64,000 nt of DNA from the NCBI RefSeq assembly GCF_009914755.1, contig NC_060935.1. One strand, given 5' to 3'. Every line of letters starts with the position of its first letter. Positions within the stretch are counted from its first letter, which is position 1. The notes beneath the pieces were generated by a model, which was given only the letters and a program-made list of their open reading frames with translations, ran no database searches and was not told where the DNA came from. This DNA comes from the human T2T-CHM13v2.0 reference genome, Homo sapiens. This document shows positions 18,270-31,582 of this stretch, one piece after another. Position numbers and translations under genes: made by a program.

Positions 18270-21190
18270 TTAAAATTTTACAACATTTTAACAAATGATG
18301 CTGAGATAACTGAATGTCCATATGCAAAATAATGAACTGGGACTTCTACCTCACACTATATATAAACATTAATTCAAAATGGATCAAAGATCTGAATGTA
18401 AGAGCTAACACTATAAAATCTTAAAAGAAAGCATAGGTGTAAATCTTTGTGATCTTGCATTAGACAACAGGTTTTTAGCTATAATACCTACAGCACAAAC
18501 AATCAAATATATACATAGGAATGCATCAAAACTAAAAACTTTTGTGGTTTGAAGGACACTATCAAGAAAATGAAAATACAACCCAAAGAAAGGGAGAAAA
18601 TATTTACAAATCATATATCTGATGAGCTTAGTATCTAGAAAATATAAAGAACCATTACAACAGAAGAATAAAGACAACACAATTTAAAAATGGGCAAAGG
18701 ATTTGAATAGACATTTCTCTGAAGAAAGCATGCAAATGACCATTGGTCCTTTGAAAAGCACATGAAAATATACTAAACATCATTAAATATCAAGGAAACG
18801 CAAATCAAAACCACAGTGAAAAGAGTTCCACTTCCTGCATGACAGCATGGTGAGCTCCAAAGTCCAACCCCCGAGCAAAACAAGTGAAAATTGTATTTGG
18901 AAACACAATGATTTAGTCTCTGGAAATGCTTCTAAGGGTATACAACAAGTTTTTTTAAAAAATTTATTCAAGAAAATCTACTAAAACTTAATAAGAACAG
19001 TAAGATTCTGTGGTATTCAAAACAAGACCTGCTCCCTCCCTCCCCTATCCCAGTTCATCAAGAGACAAACTCTACTCCAAACTGATGAGGTCAAGAACTC
19101 AGGGCTCTCTTTCCTCCCAGCTTCCAGTTGGAGAGCTAACCTCCTAGAAGAGGGGGGATTTCAGCATTTCTTATCCTATGCCTAGTTCTGAAGCTAAGTT
19201 TCAGGTGAGAGGTCAGTTACAGCTGAGAGGTCAGGGCTCCCTTGTTCCACCAAGCCCCTACTTGTGGGATGGAGGATCTACCTTAGGCATATTATTATCG
19301 TGAATTATGAGGCCCTGATCACTCTTGCCCTAACAAATAAGTCAGTAAAGAAGAAATTGAAGGATAAAAACATGCAAGACATACAGGATACAAAAACTAA
19401 AATGGCAGACATAAATCCAACTATGTCAATAATAACATTAAATGTGAATGTATTGAACAATCCAATCAAAAGGCAGGAAATCACAGACTGCATTTAAAAA
19501 AACACACACACAAGATCTAACTCTATGCTATCTACAGGGTATATACTTTAAATGTATATACAGGATATATATGTTTTCAAAGTTCATCCATGTTGTAGCT
19601 TGTGTCAGCACTTCATTCCATTGTATGCCTGAATAATTGTCTACTATATAGATATACTACATTTTCTTTATATATCTTTAAGTTGAACATTTGGATTGTT
19701 TCCATTTTTGGCTATTATGGATGATGCTGCTATGAATGTTTATGTACAAGTTTTTGTGTGAACATATATTTTTAGTTCTTTAAGGTGGGACTTCAGAGCT
19801 CACCATGCTGTCATGGAAGTGGAACTCTTTTAATTGTGGTTTTGGTTTCCATTTCCTTAATGTTTAATGATGTTTAGTATCTTTTCATGTGCTTTTCAAA
19901 TGACCAATGGTCATTTGCATACTTTCTTCAGAGAAATGACTATTCAAATCCTTTGCCAATCTTTATATTGCGTTATTTGCCTTTATTATTCTGTTATAAC
20001 AGTTCTTTATATAATAAATATATTATTCCATAATATAGAAATATCAGTGTATATACAGGATATACACTTTAAATTCAAAAATTCAAATACGTTAAAAGTA
20101 AAAGGATGTATCATTCAAACAGTAACCACAATAAAATTGGAATGGCTACACTAATATCAGATGACACAGACTAAAACAAAGCATGTGACTACAGGGATAT
20201 TTTATAATAAAAGGGTCATTCCACGATGAAAATAAAGCAATTACAAATATATATGCATCTAACAGCAGGACACCAAAATACATGAAGAAAAAACTGACAG
20301 AATGAAGGGAGAAATAGACAATTCAATAATAATAGTTGAAAATATTAATACCCCACTTTTAGTAATGGATGAAACATCTAGGCAGAAGATCAACAAGGAA
20401 ATAGAAGACTTGAACAACACTATCAACCAAATAGACCTAATAGAAATCTATAGAATATTCTACCCAACAATAACAGAGTATACATTATCCTCAAGTGGAC
20501 ATAAAATATTCTCCAGGAAAGACCATAGGTTTACCAAAAAACAAACCTCAGTAAATTTAAAAAGATAGAAATTACAAGATATGTTCTATAACCACGATGG
20601 AACACTATGAGAAACCAATAACAGAAAAAAAATTTGGAATTTCACAAATATGTGGTAAATAACACACCCATAAATAACCAAAGGGTAAAAGAAGAAATCA
20701 AAGGGAAATTAGAAAATAATTTTAAATAAATTAAAATTAAAATATAGCTGTCAAAATTTATGAGGTATAGCTAAAGTAGTTACTTTAGAAAAGAGTTTGA
20801 CGATTCTTCAAAAAGTTAAACATACAGTTACCATATGATCCAGCAGGTCCACCCATAGAACTGTACCAAAAACAACTAAAAAATACATGTTCACACACAC
20901 AAAAAGTGTGCACATTCATAGCAGCATAATTCATAATAGCCAAAAATGGAAACAACCTAAATGTTCAACCTGTATATTTAAAAATGTAGTATATCTATAT
21001 ATAGTAGACAATTATTCAGGCATAAAATGGAATGAAGTATTGACACATGCTACAACATGGATGAACCCTGAAAACATTATGCTAAGTGAAAGAAAACAGA
21101 GACAAAAAGCCAATATATTATATGACTACCTATATATATGAAATGTCCAGAATAGACAAGTCCATAGAAACAGAAAATACATTAGCAATT
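18270..21190 (+). mobile_element. Rearranged old L1M (L1MB-like) fragments: ORF2 3' part, a 5' end, EN domain, 3'UTR
   Basis: ITLNVNVLNNPIKRQ (19264 ORF), IIVENINTPL...DLIEIYRIFYP (20302 ORF), and 3'UTR motifs at 20.8-21.2 kb. Confidence 0.8.
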
Positions 21191-21231
21191 GCTATTCTGG
21201 ACATTTCATATACATTTAATCATATAATATG

Positions 21232-23100
21232 TTTCTGTGAAGATTTGCAGGTTTACCTTTCACCAGGATACAAGCCCCAGTTAGGGGATAAAGTTCTGCT
21301 TGCTGGGCTGAAGTAGCCATTGACAACAGGGCTGCTTCAGTTACTTAAAAAGAATGATAACAGTACATCCAGCAAGATACTTTTCTTCATTAACGGACAT
21401 GTATGATCCATCAGTAAACTATGAAAATTCTGCATCTGGTATACGGGTTTCTTGTAAATCAGCTCTAGGTTTTAGTAGCTGGTCAGTTAAATTTAGTCAG
21501 TTATGAGGTGTCTCGTCATTGAATAAGAGAAGGCAATTTGCTGGATTATGATTATTGAAATGAGAAAGAATAATATGAGAAGTCAACAGCAAGATCTCAT
21601 AAAAAGTGACTCTGCTTGCAGAAAGATATTGAGTATTATGAGAATTGATTAAAGCTTCTATAACATGAGGAACATAGATTTAGTTAAAGCCACAGTGCCT
21701 GATACAGCTCCCATGCAGGAAGGGAGTCCCTTAGCTACTGAATCTAATTGCTGGCTGTAACATCCAAGGGGTGTGTGTGTTAATCTCCATGTTTTCAGTT
21801 AAGAACCCCTAATGCACTTTCTTCTCTTTCATTCACTAGAAAGGAGGAAGGGGAGCTGATAAGGGGTGCCCTAAGGCAGGATGACTTAGAAGTCCTTATT
21901 TTAATTGAAAGGAGACTCTACAAGCATTCTCTTCCCAGTCCGGAGGCTCCAGCTTGTTAAGTTTCAGAAGGATATATAATGATAGAGCTATTAAGAAAAA
22001 TTAGATACCCAGTTTCAACAGTACTCTGCCAGGCCCAAAAACCCTTGTGACTGTCTTTTAGTCTGAGGTTGAGGAAAGTTTAAAATGCTTTCGTATTAGT
22101 CCATTCTCACATTGCTACAAAGAAATACCTGAGACTGAGTAATTTACAAAGAAAAGAGGCTTAATTGACTCACAGTTCTGTGGGCTGTTCAGGAAGCATA
22201 GCGGCATCTGCTTGTCTTCTGGAGAGGCCCCAGGAAACTTACAGTTATGGCTGAAGGCAAAGAGGGAGCAGACATGTCACTTGGGCAGAGCAGGAGGAAG
22301 AGGGTGGGGGACAGGAAGGTGCTACACACTTTTTTAAACAACCATATCTTATGAAGACTCACTCACTATCCCGAGGACAGTATCAAGAGGATGGTGCTAA
22401 ATCAGTCATGAAAAATCCCACCCCCGTTATCCAATCACCTCCCACCAGGCCCTACCACCAACACTGGGGATTACAATTTGACATGAGACTTGGTGGGAAC
22501 ACGGATCCAAACCATACAAGCTTTTAAGTCTATCAGGATCCAAGAGAGGTCCCTAGTTTAGTATCAAGTATCTGAAATATTTGACATTCCTTGGTAAATT
22601 GGAATTTTCTCTGGAAACTTTATGGCCTTTGTCTGCTAGAATTTTAAGGATATAAACGCTATCATGTTCACAAGCCTCTTTACAAGGAAAACAAAGGTTA
22701 TCAACCTACTGAGAGTTGACCCTTGGGGAAAATAAATGTCCGTTAAATCTGTCTTCAGTACCTGTGAAAAGTGAGAGGGGCCTTCAGTACATCCTCGAGG
22801 CATTTCTGTCCAGGTATGTTGTTGTCCTTTCCACGTGCAGCAAATAAAAATTGTCTCTCAGTGTCCACCAGAACCAGTGCCTTTAAAAAGCACTACAAAT
22901 GTCTATCACTGTGAAAAATTTACTTTCTGTGGAGATGAAAGTCAGGAAGGTACATAGATTTGTAACGACAGTGTCGAATAATGATATCGTTATCAATGGC
23001 TCTTAGGGCCTGTGCAAATCTCCACCATTGCCAAGAGGTTTCTTTACAGGAAAAACAAAAGTATTACAGGAGCTAGGAAAAAGCGGTACAAGCTTCTCAC
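21232..23100 (-). mobile_element. pol: Degenerate class I ERV pol fragment (RT-tether-RNase H)
   Basis: Hand translation of the minus strand gives FFTVIDICSAF, WKGQQHTWTEMPRG, ADKGHKVSR, PQPQTKRQSQGFLGLAEYC, FTDGSY and SAQQAELYPLTGACILVKGKPANL, with many stops and frameshifts. Confidence 0.9.
22092..22519 (-). mobile_element. MaLR solo LTR (MSTA/MSTB-like) inserted in the ERV pol
   Basis: gtattagtccattctcacattgct...ccaaaccata termini. 5-bp TSD GCTTT at 22087-22091 and 22520-22524. Confidence 0.9.
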
Positions 23101-23102
23101 CG

Positions 23103-23350
23103 TGTGAAAGAAAATGAAGTAATTAAGGCTAAGGCTTTAAAGTGGAGACAGGAGATTGCAAGGGGATTGCACTCACACCTGCTAAAGGATTACAGAATGT
23201 TCCAGCTGACTTGGATAACAACTGAATTCAGTGTCTGCAGCCCTTCAACATCTCTCAGCTGGGAGTATCCTAATTAACCAATCAGAATGGGTTTGTATTT
23301 TAGGATTTCTGCCTAGCCAATGAACTGCCTCAAAAATTAACTTTTTGTGG
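23103..23350 (+). mobile_element. Probable ERV LTR fragment, family not identified
   Basis: Begins TGTGAAAG, contains two CCAAT boxes, and abuts the pol fragment. Confidence 0.4.
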
Positions 23351-23354
23351 AAGT

Positions 23355-24960
23355 CACCTAGAAATAAAAGTATAGATCAATGAAACAGAACAGACCCAGA
23401 CAACAGACCAAAGTATATCTAGGAGCTAAAAATAAGATAAAAGAAGTATTTCAAGTTATTGCAGAAAAGATGTTATTCAAAAGTGGTGTAAGACTAGACT
23501 ATTCTTTTGGTAAAAAAAAATACTGGATATCTAGCTTATACCACAGCCAAATGTAAATGTGTCCGTGGGAAAAATTGGAAAATGTGTTTTAATGAACTTT
23601 AGGTTGGATAGATTTTTCTGCAGATGACACCAAGAACACGATTCAAAATGAAAATGGTGACATATTTGATCCCATACATGTTTTAAATATTTGTATGAGA
23701 TATTGGAAAGAAACTGTAAGGTAACTAAAAAATACTTGAAATCTATTCAATTCAATCTAGTATTTATATTATATAAAAAGTACTCACAAACAAAAAAATC
23801 CAATTTAAAATATATATAAATATTACATATTATATAATATAAATATATAAATATAGGATATATATTTTAATGGGCTGTATACATACATAAATTCATTTAA
23901 AATAAAATACATATAGGATAAAGGGCTCAACTTTATTCATGATCAAAATAATGCAAACAAAATAATAGCGATATATTAATTTTTACCTATCAGGTTAGCC
24001 AAGATTTAAAATGTAAGCATAAACCCCCCCCCCATTGCTAGCAAGGCTAAGGAGGAAAGGGAAATTTCATACATAGTAGGAGTAAAATGTTTCTGGAGGG
24101 AAACCTGGCAACATTTAGAGAAGTTAAAAATATAATTTTCTTTTATAAAAAGAATTGCACTCATAAGAATTTATTTTAAGAAATAAATCATGTAAGTGCA
24201 AGGATATTCATTTGCGTATTCTGTATAATAGTGGAAAAAATTGGAAACCACTTACTTGCTCATCCAAAGGAGGATGTGTAAGTAAATCCAGGACCATTCA
24301 TATCATGAGATACTATCTGTAGTTGCATAGAAAAAATGCCCATGGTCGTCTATTAAATTACAAATAAAAGGATTCAAAACAGTATATATAAGATAATTTA
24401 ATTTCTATAAGTAAAAATATGTATGCATAAAATTTGCAGGGACTATAAACAAAAAAAGGAAACTGGGAAAGTGTACAACTAGATATTATATCTCTAAGCT
24501 GATGGGAGTATGGATATTCTCCTTGTTTTTATTGCTTGTCTGTATTTTCTAGCCTTTTAAAGCATTTATTTCTCTGTTAATTTTCCAAAATAAAAATTTT
24601 AAATAGGAAAAAGAACAAAGAAAGAAACTTTTCTTTGCTAGATTTAAAATGTATCCTAACAATAACAAAGTAATAACTAAAACAGTGTAGTGCACTGGCC
24701 CAGGAAAATAATAAGCACATAAAGGAAAAGAAATATGATATAAATATTTATAAACACATATAGATGAATATATTTTTAAAATATGTGGATATTTCAATAA
24801 ATTGTGCAATAAATATAGGGTTTTTTTGGAAAAGTCACAAAGTACCAGAAATGTAGGTGAAATTTATAAACCCTTAAGGGTAGGAAAATTCTTTCTAAGC
24901 ATGGTATCAAAGGCAGAATCATGAAGGTAAAACAGATTTAATGCACAATTTAAAAGTTCT
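23355..24960 (+). mobile_element. Ancient L1ME-like 3' fragments
   Basis: atagatcaatgaaacagaacaga, tttttacctatcaggttagccaaga and related degenerate motifs. Confidence 0.6.
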
Positions 24961-24962
24961 GT

Positions 24963-25277
24963 GGCCAGACACAGTGGCTCACTGTGCAATTCCAGTACTT
25001 TGGGAGGCCAAGGCGGGAGGATTGCTTGAGCCCAAGAGTTTGAGACCAGCTTGGCAATATAGCAAGACCTATCTCTACAAAAAGTAAATAATTGGCCAGT
25101 CAAAAGTCATAGTGGCACACACCTGTAGTCCCAGTTACTCATGAGGCTGTGGTACGAAGATCAGTTGAGCCCAGGAGGTCGAGGCTGCAGTGAGCCCTGA
25201 TTGCAACATTGCACTCCAGCCTCGGAGACAGAGAGAGATCCTGTCTCAGTAAATAAACAAATAAATAAATAAATAAC
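24963..25277 (+). mobile_element. AluJ with (TAAA)n tail
   Basis: ggattgcttgagcccaag and gaggctgcagtgagc AluJ diagnostics. Confidence 0.88.
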
Positions 25278-25415
25278 ATGTTCTATGTACTTAAAGTATA
25301 CCCAAATCAAAAATAAAATGAAAGTTTTGAAAAATATTTGTTAAGAAATGAAAAAGACAAATGCTCATAATATATAGTTTTCACAGAATAAAAATGTAGC
25401 TATGATTATATCTCT

Positions 25416-26106
25416 ATTGCCTAGTGTTTTTCACATCCACAGTCCACATCAGAAAACAGCAATCCTGGGTTGATTCTTCTGCCTCAGGTACTATAATTTT
25501 CAATATATTGCATATAAAACACACCCTGTATCCCGGCCCCAACTGAGTGGAACAAGCACCAGTGTGTGCTCTGGTTATCCTTTTTCTGACCTGGTAACAA
25601 TCTTTTCTTGCCCTTCGCTGATCAACTCTGCTCTGTGCCCCAGTGGGCTGCACACACGCATGCGCACACACACACACACACCACACACACTGCACCACCC
25701 AGGCTCTTAGATCTCTGCATTCTGGTTGGGTCTAGCCGATTGAAAGCACCAGCGAAAGGTTGGAAGTGTGGGAAGAGAGGTTAGGGGATGTAGTCTCTGG
25801 TTTCCTCCCTGCTCCCCCTTGCACTGTGGTTCTGGCAGTGTCTAGTGCCTCTACCATTAGTGCTCTAACCAGGCAACCCCCTGCCACACGTCCGCCACTC
25901 AGGTGACACTAATTCCTTATCACCATTTCAAGCCTAGGGTCTTAATGGCTTTATTTTTAGTTAATGTTGTTACTAGTCTCTGAGTGCCTCAACATCCCTC
26001 ATGATTCCCCTTAATTCTGCCCATACCTTGGTAAACAGCCTCTTCATTAAATTCTCTCCAAAATCTCCACGAGTTCACCTTCATTTCCTATAGTCCCTGC
26101 CTGAGA
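25416..26106 (+). mobile_element. Old ERVL LTR (LTR33-like) containing a (CA)n tract at 25650-25690
   Basis: 3' motif gtaaacagcctcttcattaaattctctcc and overall layout recalled for LTR33. Confidence 0.5.
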
Positions 26107-26621
26107 AAGTGGATGAACGCAATGCTATCAAAAATTGGCAAGGAACTGCAACCTCCTCTGAGTTGGCTTAGTAAGATTGTATACCTAATCAGAATGATCC
26201 CCATTAAGATGACGCATCTCCCTATTTATATCTCCTTTAGGTGAACTCAGAGGAAGTGGGTCACTGAGTTCCAGCTGTATCTGGATGACCCTAAACTCTT
26301 GTAACTCTCTATGATGCCAATGCACTGGAAGCCCTGGGAGTCATAGGGGGCTTGTTGTTATAACCCAGATTTCAACAGGCTTTTCTAACTCCTTGAGACC
26401 TAGAAAAGTCTCTGAAATTTTAGCCAACATCAGACTTATGAGACTATAAATATTGGAACAAAACAGGTAAATTATCATTACTTCCTGATGATGCTCATGA
26501 AGCCCAAGAAAATCAACTAAAAAGAATACTATGTATAAATAATTTTTCCATAGCTGACTAGTTCCATATTTGTCATAAATTATTTTTTATTCTTGATTTT
26601 TCCCTCTTCCTAATGTCCCAT

Positions 26622-27834
26622 TGTAATGGGATCTTTGGGGTGTCACTCTTCTGGCCAGAAACCTCTGTGGCTGGCTGGTGACACCTTTGCCCAAGTTCTT
26701 GTCCTATGTCCAGAAAGAATGAGGTATGCAAACAAGTGGAAGTTGAACAAGATGAAGAGGAGCTTTATTGAGTGTTATGACAGCTCAGAGGAGACCCACA
26801 GAGGGTAGCTCCTCTCTGTAGGCAGGTAGTCCTGTCAAGTGTTCAGCTCTCAGCAGAGAGGAGGGCCTGGAGAAGGTAGCTCCTCTCTGCAGGCAGGTAG
26901 TCCTGTCAAGTGTTCAGCTCTCAGCAGAGAGGAGGGCCTGGAGAAGGTAGCTCCTCTCTGCAACTGGTCATCCTGATATCTGCAGCTCTCAGCAGAGGAG
27001 GCCCTGGAGAGGGTGGCTCCTCTCTGCTGGCAGGTCATCCTGTGATCTCTACAGCTCTCAGCAGAGAGGGTAGCTCCTCTCTGCAGCTGGTCATCTCATT
27101 ATCTCCAACTCTCAGCAGAGACAGTATCTCCTCTCTGCGGCTGATCATCCAGTCCTCTCTCCATCCTCTGCTGGCTCTTGCTGAGCCCGTGGCTTTTATG
27201 GACCTCAGAGGGGAGGAAGTGTGTGTTGATTGGTCCATGGCGGCCATGGGTGGCAGGTCCTGGAAAAGGCACCAGAAGCCCCCACTCCAGTTTGCGGGAC
27301 TGGCGGCCCAGCCCCCAGAATTCAGGCCCTCCCTGGCCTGAAGGTGGGGCCTTACTGGGACTGCCCTCTTCTGCCCAGGAACCTGTTTGCCTCCTGCTGC
27401 CATTCATGGTGCCAAAGCTCACCCAGACTTCTCTAAGATCTGAGCAGGTACCAACAGCAGGGGAGAAGCCAGGCAGGCAGTGGGAGCAGGCACTTCTGAG
27501 TCTACAAGGGCAGGGGTCCTTCTCAGCCCCCAAGAGTTCAGGGATGCAGGGAAAGGGGGAGGGTCTGGCTCCTGCTCCTGCTCCTGCTGCACGAAGTGGG
27601 AGGCCCGGATCTGTAGCCACTGATCCGGTTGTTGCAGCTGCACCTGGGAGGGTGGGGCTCCTGCCTGTTCCATGAAGCAGGAGGCCCAGGTCTACAGCTG
27701 CAGTGTGGGTAGCTGCAGGGCACCCTGGGAGCTCCAACCCCAACTCGGAACAGGCAGGGCTCCCGCTTGTCCAAGGATCCCGCCAGCTCCATGGAGCATG
27801 CAGCCCTGGCAATGCCTCCCTGCTGCTGCCATCA
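26622..27834 (-). mobile_element. MER52-family solo LTR (ERV1)
   Basis: TG...CA termini (the minus strand starts TGATGGCAGCAGC), GC-rich, 1213 bp, 4-bp TSD CCAT at 26618-26621 and 27835-27838. Confidence 0.85.
26804..27150. repeat. Tandem repeat inside MER52, 71-bp unit
   Basis: ggtagctcctctctg recurs at 26804, 26875 and 26946, then in diverged, shorter copies. Confidence 0.9.
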
Positions 27835-29703
27835 CCATGACCTATCAGTCACTAAGTGAGCAATTCTATGTGATATTTCTTGAAATTCTCCATCTGACTC
27901 CATTTTTATTTTGACTGCCCAGACTATCCAGGGTCAACAGCAGTCAAGGCCTCTTTGCCATGGCAGCAACCCATGAGTCAGCCAAGATGAGCAGACAGGC
28001 TGCCTGAAGAGCCCACCGGGACAGGGGCTTCTGAGCTCCACTCAGAAGTGGAGCAGGTAAATGATCAAGGTGGCAGCAGGTAAATGATCAAGTGAACTGA
28101 TTCATGAACATTAAAATGAAGCAGAAAACACTAGATGTGTGTGTGTGTGTGAATGCATGTGGGTGAGTGTGTGCTTAACTTTAGATCCCAATAGGGACAC
28201 GTGCTTTTCAAATGCTTATGACACACACAAATTGGCCATAGATTCAGCTGCAAAGAAGTTTTTAATAGATTTCCAAAGATAGAAGTCATATAGAGTACAG
28301 TGTTTATCGAAATAAATTAAAACTGAAAATGATAACAGAAAATAGAAAAAAAAATTCTAAGCACTTAAAAATGAATACCTCTTATAAATATCTTGAGTTT
28401 TTAAATATATTCCTTTTATGGCATAACTAGAAATGGATCACTATCATCAAAGGAATGCATTGTATATCACTATTTGTCCAAAGTGGTAAACTGAAGAAAA
28501 CTTGTAGCCTTAACACTATTTAATTTAAAATTAGGGTGATTTATAAAATGAAATATTCAATCAAGGGGGCTAGAAAAATACCACTAATCATAATGCAAAA
28601 AGTGGTGGAAATGAATTAATACATATAAAAGCATGAATTAAATAAATTACAGAAAACCAGTATACTTGATTTAATGAGGAAATATCTACTTCTTTGCAAT
28701 AACCAATAATTGGCACATCCTGGATAAGTCTACCAAAGGGAGAAAAGAAAAAGAAAGAGATGTAAGAAAAGAAAGGAAAAAAACATAAAATTAAAATAAG
28801 GAAAAGATGTATAACCACAAATTAAAATAATTTGCTAGGTTCAGCTTGATACTATAACCATTTTATAACAAATAATTTGAAAAAGCTAAATGAAGGAATT
28901 GTTTTCCCAACTGTTATAGAGTAATACTTCCCAATATTTTTCACACCATAGAATTCTTGGAAAATGATAATGTTGCATGGCACAGTAGTGTGAAAGAAAA
29001 ATTTTACTTGTGCCTAGAAGCAATAGCCATTAAAATTCTGGCCATCTCAGCACATCTGTTACCCACTTATGGCAGGCTGGTTGGAAGTTGTATTGTAAAA
29101 GTCCTAGTCAAGACAATATGCCAAGATTAGGGGGAGACAATGAGGAAGAAAATGCTAAAATGAAGAAACACAATCATCAAAATTATGATTTTTTGCAGAT
29201 ACTATTATGTAATTAAATTGATAGAAGAAAAAATAGGGAAAACCTCAACATAAAATCATAAACAGAAGAGTTAGGAGTGGAACTCTAAGTTCAGAATCAG
29301 TGGATACAAGCAACAGGAAGAAGCAATGGAGATAGTCATCAGAATGATTAAATAAGGTATTGCCAATAGTTGACCAATCCCTTTTCCTCTGCTTATGCTG
29401 AGCACAAGCTCATTCCCTGTGAAATTAAAGTAGTGAGTGTGGCCCCTAGGAACAGAGACTCAGGGCAATTTTCCAGGTAGGGTGGGCAAACCAAGATGAA
29501 TGGATTGCGCCAACAATCAAAAAAAATTTTTTTAATTATTGACATACTCACATGGCATGTTCTACTCCTCCAAATGATAAAGGGAAGCTCATCAGAAACC
29601 ACATACATAGGTAAATACAGAGAAATTATCAGTCCAAAGGTGAGATGGCAATCAAAAACCACCAGGCATTTGAGGAAATTTTACGCCTTAAAAGAGAGAA
29701 ACC

Positions 29704-29995
29704 AGACAGGTGCAATGGCTCATGCCTGTAATCACAACACTCTGGGAGGCCAAGGCAGGAGCATCACTTGAGCCCACGAGTTCCAGACCAGCCTGGGAAA
29801 CATGATGAGACTCTATCTCTACAGCAAAAAAATTTTTAATTAGCCAAGCATGGTGGTATGAGCCTCGGCTACTCAGGAGGCTGAGGCAGGAGGATCTCTT
29901 GGCCCAGCAGGTTGAGGCTGCAGTGAACCATGATTGCACCACTGCACTCTAGCCTGGGTGACAGAGTGAGACCCTGTCTCAAAAAAAAAGAAAGA
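29704..29995 (+). mobile_element. AluJ
   Basis: Dimer with TSD AAAGAGAGAAAC. Confidence 0.88.
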
Positions 29996-30788
29996 AAGAG
30001 AGAAACTTAATTTCATTAACAAGAAATAATACCTAATAAAACAGATCATAAACAAAAAAAGTTAAAATTACTTCAATTAATAGAAACATACATTACTAAG
30101 AAGATTATTTAATTATGTACTTTAAATACTTGAAATTGTGATGACTGAAAAATATTTGAAACTTATTAGATAAAAGAATGGGCTGAAAAAGGGAATAGAC
30201 ATGATTGAAGAAGGGACTGATGGACTAGAAAACTAAACTTTGTTTTCACCACCTAAAAGCAGAACAGAAAGAAAAGATTTGGAAAATAAAAAAGTGGACA
30301 TGCAGAAGATATATTCAGAAACTCAAGCCCTATTTATTTAAATAGAGTTCCAAAAGGAGAAAATAGAATGAGGAGAGAAAACAGTCAAAGATAACTTTAA
30401 GAACATTTCACACAGCTTAAGAAACACAAAAGTCTTCAGATTTAAAAGTCCCATTGAGTGACAAGCATGGTGAATGTTACAGAGGCACAAATCCAGATTC
30501 CTCCCATGGTAAGTTTCAGAGCACCAAGAATGGAGTGTAATATTACAAACTTTGGGCGCGGGAGGAGAACATAATTTGACTCTAAAGAAATAAAAAGATT
30601 AATCCCATGCTTTTCTTTAGCAACAGTTTGTGATAGAATGCAATAGGCTTTCCTCAAAGTTCTAAGAAAAGTTTATTTTGAGCCTAAACTACATCTAGTC
30701 AAACTAGCATTGAGATGAAGTACAAAACAAAGCATTTCAAACATGCAAGATTTCAGGAAGTTTATTGCTCTCAGGCGCTCTCTGAAAG

Positions 30789-31072
<284 letters not shown>

Positions 31073-31276
31073 TCAAGTCAAAGGGAAATCACACACGCAG
31101 ACACAAGTGAAGTAAAACTCAAGGAAATCATATAATTAACCTCAAACAATTATTGACGCAGGCTGCAAAAAAATGAGTTTGGAAAGAAATCTCAGTGTCA
31201 ACAAGAGAGATTATAATACAAGGCAAGAGAGTAGGTTTGGGGGAGAAGGAAATAAAAGTGTACTGAAGTTTTATCT

Positions 31277-31582
31277 TTTTTTTTTTTTTTTTTTTTTTTT
31301 GAGACTGAGTCTCACTCTGTTGTCCAGGCTGGACTGCAGTAGCGTAATCTCAGTTCACTGCAACCCCCGCCTCCCGAGTTCAAGAAATTCTCATGCCTCA
31401 GCCTCCGGAGTAGCTGGGACTACAGACGCGAGCCACCACACCCAGCTAATTTTCGTATTTTTAGTAGAGACGGGGTTTCACCATGTTGACCAGGCTGGTT
31501 TCGAACTCCTCATCTCAGATGACCCGCCCGCCTTGGCCTTCCAAAGTGTTGGGATTACAGGCGTGAGCCACCAGGCCTGACC
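31277..31582 (-). mobile_element. AluS
   Basis: Poly-T plus antisense dimer. TSD TGAAGTTTTA(A)TCTT. Confidence 0.92.

Noticed and set aside
26850-27914. Many overlapping ORFs up to 237 aa
   Set aside because: They lie in a GC-rich MER52 LTR, show no domain similarity, and are expected from low stop-codon density.
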